A stretch of DNA of 56,436 bases. Origin: Octopus bimaculoides (lineage: Eukaryota). Below the pieces are notes generated by a model that was given only the letters and a program-made list of their open reading frames with translations, searched no databases and was not told where the DNA came from. The stretch covers positions 51,627,830 to 51,684,265 of the forward strand of contig NC_068996.1 in assembly GCF_001194135.2 (NCBI RefSeq). Direction: 5' to 3'. A program made the translations under genes and the position numbers. Within the stretch, counting starts at the first letter, position 1. The number at the start of each line of letters is the position of its first letter. Positions 48,656 through 56,436 of this stretch are shown piece by piece.

Positions 48656-49640
48656 AATAGGCAACTTTTGGGCCATTCAATATTGGGGAGGCTGAAGTCA
48701 CCCAGAAGAAGTATCTTAAGGTTGTCATCAAGGTTAATTAAAATCTAATACATCTTTTTGAGTCTAACCATGATTTGGAGCATTTAGTGGGTGATATGTA
48801 GTACATTTACCATTATTATTTATATAATGTGTCATAGACTGAGTTTGAATGCAACAGCAAGACTACAACTGTGACATCTTCCTAGATGTTCATCACAATT
48901 CGACCATGAGTTCTTTCTCTCTTGTCAGTTTGAAATGCAACATACTTTGGCATGTATATTTCAGCATCTACTATGTCAGAGATCAGATTGTTTCTGTCAT
49001 TACTATGCATATTGCTTGATTATATGTATGGAGTTTTGTACTGGTGGGATGTTACAAGGACCCTGACATTGAGCAGAGACACTGTCAGGAGGAAGCTGAT
49101 TATGTTCCTAGAAGATAATGACTTGCTTGCTTATTTATGAGTTTTTAGTAGAAAATGGGTTATACATCTTTAGATTGTATACCTGACTTTCTACTATAAA
49201 ATTAAGAATACAACGGAACGCTGAACTCCAGACTAAACAACTCAAACAACATTTATTTACTTGGTAAACATACATATCTTTTAGTTATACATCTTTAGAG
49301 GTGAGAATAACGAGCTGTCGAGTATAAGACCGAAAGATGTAGAGACAGCTTTAAACACACGTCCTTGCTCAATCGCTGGCCAGCGAGAAAGAGAATGAAT
49401 TGAGCGGGAAACGCTTGCTTTATAAATTCTATGCATGCGTAAGACTACGCATGCGCAGGCGTTACTACAAGTTAATAGAAAAGCTAACCAAAGAAATCCT
49501 TTTGTTACCAGTTGATCATGGAATACATAACACCAATAGAAGCAGGTATATGAGAAATGAATGGAAACAATAAAAAATATGTACACGAATTATAGGGTGA
49601 AACCAATTACCATTGCAAAAATAGGATTAAAGAAAATACA

Positions 49641-51128
49641 CAGGGGTTGGACAAAATAATGGTGACACCTTTAAATTTCAAACAAGTTTATTTTAATATG
49701 GGGTAGGACCGCCTTTGATAGTAATTACTGCTTGAATTCTATGAGCTATGGACTTGTACAAAGTCTGAATTGTTTCCAGAGGAATTTTTTGTCCATTCTT
49801 CAGCTAAAACAGTGTCCAGTTCTTGTAGTGATAATGATGGTGGAGGATATCGACTCCTTACTTGTTTTTCTAAAATGCACCATAAATGTTCAATAATATT
49901 CAAATCTAGGGACTGTGGTGACCAGATAAGATGTTCAAGTTCACTAGAATGTTCCTCGTATCAACTTTAGCTGTGTGAATTGCTGCGTTATCAGCCTGAA
50001 AGATTGTATTTCCCTCCGGAAACAGTTCTAGGATGAATTTGATCAGATAAAATGCTTAAATAGTCTTGACTATTGATTCTGCCATGAAGGGAAACCATTG
50101 GGTCGGCAGATTTCCAAGATATAGCCCCCCACCCTGATCATCACAGATCCTCCTCCATGTTTAACAGTTGGAAGAAGGCAGTCTGGGTTAAATGCATCTT
50201 TTAGCTGTCTCTACACTTATACTCGGCCGGTGGTCAGAAATAAGGTAATGGATGACTTGTCTGAGAAAATAACATTCTTCCACTGCTCTAGGGACCAATT
50301 CTGTAGGTTTTTTCTCCACTCTAAACGCTTTGCAACATTTGTTTTTGAAAGAAGTGGTTTTCTGATTGCAGCCCTCCCGTGAAATCCGGCTTTGTGTAGN
50401 NNNNNNNNNNNNNNNNNNNNNNNNNNNNNNNNNNNNNNNNNNNNNNNNNNNNNNNNNNNNNNNNNNNNNNNNNNNNNNNNNNNNNNNNNNNNNNNNNNNN
50501 NNNNNNNNNNNNNNNNNNNNNNNNNNNNNNNNNNNNNNNNNNNNNNNNNNNNNNNNNNNNNNNNNNNNNNNNNNNNNNNNNNNNNNNNNNNNNNNNNNNN
50601 NNNNNNNNNNNNNNNNNNNNNNNNNNNNNNNNNNNNNNNCGGTGAACAGTTTTTGTGGAAACTGGGTTCTCGAGGTGGTCATTAAGCTCTGCAGTAATTT
50701 TGGGAGCTGTACGTTTTTGATCCTTTCTAACAATTTGTGTAAGAGTCTGATGGTCCCTATTTGAAAGTTTTGGTTTTCTTCCAGAGTTTTGTTTTGACAA
50801 GGTTTTTTTCCTCTTTCTCAAAGGCTGTCATCACTTTTGAGACAGTACTTCTTGATACACCAAACATTTCGGCTGTTGTCATTACACTAGTGCCTGCCAT
50901 ACGAGCACCAACAATTTAACCTCTTTGAAAGTCCGATATCTCTCTCATTTTAATGAATTTTAATTACCTTTTGCTGATGTTATCTGAAAAAGAAACAGCA
51001 ATTTTATCTAAACATTAAGTGACACTGATAATAAGTCAAAAATCATAAAAATAAACAAGCTTTTGACGGTTTTATAGATATTTCAAAATTATGATGCCAT
51101 GTGTTTCCATTATTTTGTCCAACCCCTG
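49641..51128 (-). mobile_element. Second Tc1-family transposon, defective, spanning an N gap
   Basis: TIRs CAGGGGTTGGACAAAATAATGG at 49641 and its reverse complement ending 51128 then TA. Minus-strand transposase from 50948 (SGRKPKLSNRDH, RKPLLSK, VKHGGGSVM, SPDLNIIEHLW). Confidence 0.92.
50400..50639. other. Assembly gap (N) inside a Tc1 element
   Basis: N run. Confidence 1.
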
Positions 51129-51282
51129 TATATATATATATATGTATTTTATCTAATCAAGAAATCCTTGACCTGAAGAGTAGCTGGTGGTGGTATACAC
51201 CTCACTTAGATTTTACCACTTCTGAGGTTCCACTTGCTATGAAACATGTAGCCTGGATTTTCCATTCTCCATTCTGTAACTC

Positions 51283-51339
<57 letters not shown>

Positions 51340-51342
<3 letters not shown>

Positions 51343-52630
51343 AGATGAAGACAGGGAAAGCCCCTTGTCCATAAGAAATTACTGCCAAGATTCTTAAAAT
51401 ATCTGGTGGAATGGGATAAAGCCTAGTCACCTGCATAGTTAGTTGGATTGTGCAGGATGGTACAGCCAACGACTAGTGTAGCAGCATTATTGTCAATTGT
51501 TACAAAGATAAGGGAGATGCCTTTTATGTAATTACAGAGATATCAAATTGTTTGACCTGGTCATGAAAGTTATAGAAAGGGTCATAGCTCAACTAATTAG
51601 GAAGAAAGTTAGCCTAGATGAGATTCTGTTTGGTTTTGTACCAAGTAGAAAAATTACTGATGCTATCTTTGAAGTAATGCAACTGCAGGAGAAGTATTTT
51701 GCCAAAAATAAACCACTGTACCTGGCATTTGTCAACATTTGGTGGTCACTGTGGAAGCTAGGGGGTAGATGATTGGCTGATGAAAACAATGAGTATAGCA
51801 ATGAATTTATTGTACTAGTACGAGTTTGCCATGGTTCAGTTCTTCAGCTCCTCTCATTTATCATAGTCTTCCAGACCAGCTCTTCTGACTGCTAAACTTG
51901 TTCTTATTATAGCTGACTCTATAGTAGTGTTAGGGAAGAAATTTCACATGTGAAACCAAAGCCTGGAATCATAAGGCCTTAGAGTAAACTTAGCAGAGAC
52001 CAAAGTCCTAGTAAGCAGGAAAGTAGACAAATTGATAATCCCTGCTTGATATGTAGAAAAGGTGTTGGTAGAAATTCCATATGATATACCTCATGCAAGC
52101 TATGGACACACAAGAAGTTAGTGGAGTCAGTAGAATGTTAACAGGGAAAATAGTCTTTATTTATGGCAGACATGCCTGGTCAGTGAAGACCAACATGCAG
52201 GAAATAGATTTCCTCAAGTGCACTGAAGGGTTGTTAGATAATTTGTTTCCTCAATGACCTTATTAGCATTGGAGGAAAATACTCTGAAAGTCTCTTTGCT
52301 AGAATAAAAACTGGCTGGGGAAGTTCAGAGAATTACTTATCTCTGTTGACCTTTCCCTCTCAGTGAAAGGCAAGTTGTATGATGCTTGTGTATAAACAGC
52401 TGTGTTACATGGTAGTGAAATGTGGGTTGTGAATGCAAAGGACATGCGAATGCTCAAATCAAATAAAGCTAGCATGCTCCACTAGATGTGCAGTGTCAAT
52501 GTGTTGATAGCAAAACTGGATAAAAAGGTGTGGTGTACAAGAGGAAACTGTCCTGATATGGTCATGTATTGCATATAGATGAGAACAGCTGAATGAAGAA
52601 GTTACGGAAGAGGAAGACTCAGGAAAATGT
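51340..52630 (+). mobile_element. Degraded RTE LINE (RT region)
   Basis: VMKVIERVIAQLIR..FGFVPSRKITDAIF..KPLYLAFV plus a degraded PHD-like segment. Confidence 0.85.
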
Positions 52631-54267
52631 TAAGCTTCAGAGAGGACAACAAATTGTGTCCAATGCAAGCTGGCATGAAAGAAAGCACATTCAAACAATG
52701 CTGATGGTGATGCCTTCTGTGAATATAAATATATAAAACACACGTAAAAAACACCATCCGAACGTGGCCGGTGGCACGTAAAAAGCACTGTCTGAATGTG
52801 ATTGATGCCAGGTCCGCCTACCACTTCACACTCAGAGTGGTTGGCATTAGGAAGGGCATCCAGCTGTAGAAACTCTACCAGATTAGATTGGAGCCTGGTG
52901 CAGCTGCTGGCTCTCCAGACCTCAATCAAACCATCCAGCCCATGCCACCAATGAAAAACGGACGTTAAACGATGATGATGATTGCATGTGTGTGTTTTGT
53001 ATTGGATGCTGGTGGACTTTGCATTTGCTTCATATGATTTAATTAACATGTGACTTAGTGGCCAAGCATTCCAAACACATGCATTCATGCATACACTTCT
53101 CACACCACACACACACATGTAAAGAGATCACAAGGTTATCTCTAGCTTGTGGATCCACTTGCTATATGTAGTAATTAGATTTTGGTTAAATCACATTCTA
53201 CAAAAATACTTTAAAATTTGAAATAACCTCCAACATAGTCCAGGTAAATATTTAGTGAAATTAAGTTCTACACAAATTAAATTTATTCATCTGTGTCTAT
53301 CAATACCTCAAACCCATCCTACCCACTCAGTACTTTGAAATACTTTCTTCTAATTGAATCGTAATTCGTTTGTGTTCAGTCATCATCATTTAATGTCCAT
53401 TTTCTCTGCTGGCATGGGTTGGACAGCTTGATAGGAGCTGGCATGACCTCCTGGTCATGCCAGGTTCCAGAGTTTGTTTTGGCTTGGTTTCTGCAGCTGG
53501 ATGTCCTTCCTAACACCAAACCACTTTACGTAGTGTACTGGGTGTCTTTTGTGTGGTTCCATGGTTTTAGGATATCAATTCGGTTGTAGTGGTTAGGTCT
53601 TCTGGAGTACAGCAATGCACCATATATCTTGGTCTTTCATCTATCCTTCAAATTGTTACATTGAAATGTTTATTGTTTTGTTTCCAGACCTAAAAAGTAC
53701 TAAAAATATGTGTTATATTTGAAAATTTTATGGCTAGATAATCTTTTTGTTGTTTTCTAAATTTTTCCTGCACACTTCACATAATGCTGTATATAAGGTA
53801 ACAAAGGAAAAGAATTCCTTCAAAAGGGTGTGTAAAATATCCAGTTCACTGGTATGTCAGTTGAATACCACATAAATATGGATATAATGCAAATTACAAA
53901 CAAATTAGAGAGGTTGCCAGACTGGCTCGTGTGCAGGTGGCACGTAAAATACACCATTTTGAGCATGGCCACTGCCAGTACTGCCTGACTGGCCTTTGTG
54001 CCGGTGGTACGTAAAAAGGACCCACTACACTCTCGGAGTGGTTGGCGTTAGGAAGGGCATCCAGCTGTAGAAATTCTGCCAAATCAGATTGGAATCTGGT
54101 GTAGCCATCTGGTTCACCAGTCCTCAGTCAAATCGTCCAACCCATGCTAGCATGGAAGGCAGATGTTAAACGATGATGATGATATTTCATAGTATGTTAT
54201 GTTATTATATAAATTATTGGATTGTCAAATGTATCTCTCTATTTAATTTGTTTGTAATGCTATATAT

Positions 54268-54314
<47 letters not shown>

Positions 54315-54395
54315 CTCTCTCTCTCTCCCCCTGCCTCCCCCAGAGGGTTTTTAGCAATACTATTGAAATTGGGAGGGTAAACAATAATCTATACT

Positions 54396-54625
54396 GGTGG
54401 TTTTTCAGAATCGTTAGCATGGTGGGCGAAATGCTTAGCGGTATTTCGTCTGTCTTTACGATCTGAGTTCAAATTCCGCCGAGGTTGACTTTGCCTTTCA
54501 TCCCTTCGGGGGTCGATTAAATAAGTACCAGTTATGCACTGGGGTCGATGTAATTGACTTAATCCGTTTGTCTGTCCTTGTTTGTCCCCTCTATGTTTAG
54601 TCCCTTGTGGGCAATAAAGAAATAA
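54396..54625 (+). mobile_element. Third SINE family (tRNA-like head, conserved central domain)
   Basis: B-box-like gagttcaaattcc; central gttgactttgcctttcatcccttcggggtcgattaaataagtacc resembles conserved Nin/Deu-type SINE domains as recalled. Confidence 0.7.
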
Positions 54626-55485
54626 ATATTCAAAATACTGGAAATGCTCTAAAGGTGGTAGGAGGCAGTGTGAAAAAAGAAAAAGATTCTCATCCATGTT
54701 TTTGAAATACAGTTATATTGTTTATTTAGATTTGTTACTGTACAAATTAACTAAATTTAAATTCAAATTTGTTTTGTTGGCAGATTGCAAAAAAGAAAAT
54801 CCTGGTAAGATATATTTATTTATATTGTTTATCATGTTTGATAATTCACCTGAAGAAATTTTTTGCCCTCCTCCCACCATCTCTATCTCACACTTTTTAC
54901 TATTCTAAAGCAAATATTTTGAAATGTGTTCAATTTTACCCATTCAATATTTCATATACTTATGAAGTGCTCTGAAACAGGTTAAACTCCTGAATAGTGG
55001 AATCTAGAATCTGTGCACTTAAGGTGCTGTTTCCTTTGGGAAAGTTATTATTCCTTCTTTCATATAAATCAAAACAAATCAGACTTTCAAATATATTACC
55101 AAATGACCATTATTTCTAAGCAGGCAAAAATGAGATAAGCATTTTTATATGTATTTCTCTAGTAATTTATTTTATTTAATTTAAAAGAATATTTTCTATT
55201 AAAAATCTTTATTAAACATTTATTTTAAGACATTCTTTCACATATCTTTATAATTTCATGCTTAGAGATAAAATTAGTTAGGTAAATGTCTTTTTAAATT
55301 TTTGTTTTTAAATTGGTCCATGTTTCTAGAATGCTTGTAGTTCTGAAACTTTTAAAACCGATTTTCTTTTACTATAGAATGTAATTAAAATACTGAATTT
55401 CTTTTTGTTAGTAATTACATCATGTAATGTTCTCCTCATGTGTTATGAGTTTTTCTCTGTAATTGTTTGTTTGTACTTTCTTCAG

Positions 55486-55695
55486 TCCAATTCAATAAAG
55501 AAGTATGTGCCATTAGCAAGTAATGGGAAAGATTCCAGTAAAGTGGACAAAGTGCTGCACAGGGACAAACATGAGTCTTCAGCTGCCCAATTCAAGAAGA
55601 AGTCAGTTGCTAGGCTTAACATCAGAAATTCTCGATCAGATAATATCAGGCTCCAGACAAAAGAAAAATCGAAGTCTCCTGAAAAGGAAACTAAG
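55486..55695 (+). CDS. GLYR1: Probable exon 6: SNSIKKYVPLASNGKDSSK...KSKSPEKETK (K/S-rich linker)
   Basis: Acceptor tgtactttcttcag|, donor AAG|gtgagg; 210 nt, phase 0-0, open. Further exons could hide in gaps; the dehydrogenase-like domain expected of GLYR1 would lie beyond the window. Confidence 0.65.
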
Positions 55696-56156
55696 GTGAG
55701 GATACAGATAGTACTCTATTAACTGAAGGTAGATAATTATTTATCTATTTTGTAATTTTTTATTTTTTTAAATTCACTTTTAAAAATGTATAACTATTTC
55801 AGTTAAGGTTAGTGTGAATGAAAGTTAAATGATGTGTATTGTTGTCATTTAAATATTTGAACAAAGACATCTTTTTATGGTGAAATTGAATGAGATGAAT
55901 TCACGCTTAATTTGAGGTACATCCTTTCAGTATTTATGGATTGATAAGTAAGTGTTAGGCAACTAAATTACTTTTCAAGCTTAAAATATTGGTTCATATG
56001 AATAATTCAGCAAGTATGGACAGTTTTATAAGAATAGTTGGTAATGTCCTTCCTAAATAACTACTTAGCTATGAGAAGGAAATGTATTTAGTTTTAGATA
56101 TAAATATTTAAGCAAATAATACATGTTTATATTAAGACAGTTGTAGCAAATTTTCA

Positions 56157-56436
56157 ACTTGAGATTGTATGCAAGTAACATAGTTATCTGTTGAATTCAC
56201 TAGTAGATTAAATATAAACACTGGTGGGATTCCTGACCAGAAAATCGACTTGAGATTGTATGCAAGTAACATAGTTACCTGTTGAATTCACTAGTAGATT
56301 AAATATAAACACTGGTGGGATTCCTGACCAGAAAATCGACTTAAGATTGTATGCAAGTAACATAGTTACCTGTTGAATTCACTAGTAGATTAAATATAAA
56401 CACTGGTGGGATTCCTGACCAGAAAATCGACTTGAG
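56157..56436. repeat. 91-bp tandem array, at least 3 copies, running off the window end
   Basis: Unit starts at 56161, 56252, 56343 and 56434; about one substitution between adjacent units. Confidence 0.97.

Noticed and set aside
54389-54697. 102-aa minus-strand ORF
   Set aside because: Antisense read-through of a SINE.
56157-56436. CRISPR array or tandem mini-exons
   Set aside because: No unique spacers; units are near-identical. The minus-strand AG/GT pair would leave only 46-nt introns.

Overview
AT-rich, repeat-dense eukaryotic genomic DNA with six N gaps. The TE families and microsatellites suggest a coleoid cephalopod, probably Octopus (inference). One host gene is supported: the 5' part of a + strand PWWP-domain gene most like GLYR1/N-PAC. 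It has six GT-AG exons from 15097 to 55695 that join in frame and it continues past the window end. The rest is mostly transposon debris: PHD-finger-bearing RTE LINEs and their (GAT)n-tailed 3' ends, at least four tRNA-derived SINE families, two Tc1 elements, a Chapaev3-like element, a CR1/L2 remnant, a Gypsy RNase H fragment, a solo LTR with a 6-bp TSD, hAT and piggyBac-type MITEs, a 600-bp foldback and a 91-bp tandem array. The most unusual signal is a set of minimal type-I hammerhead-ribozyme-like motifs with (near-)palindromic stem III in three apparently unrelated repeats. One lies in a tRNA-headed SINE-like element with an 11-bp TSD and an adjacent empty-site paralog. Every copy here has core or stem defects, so activity is not claimed. 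All protein and family assignments come from motif recognition, not database searches.
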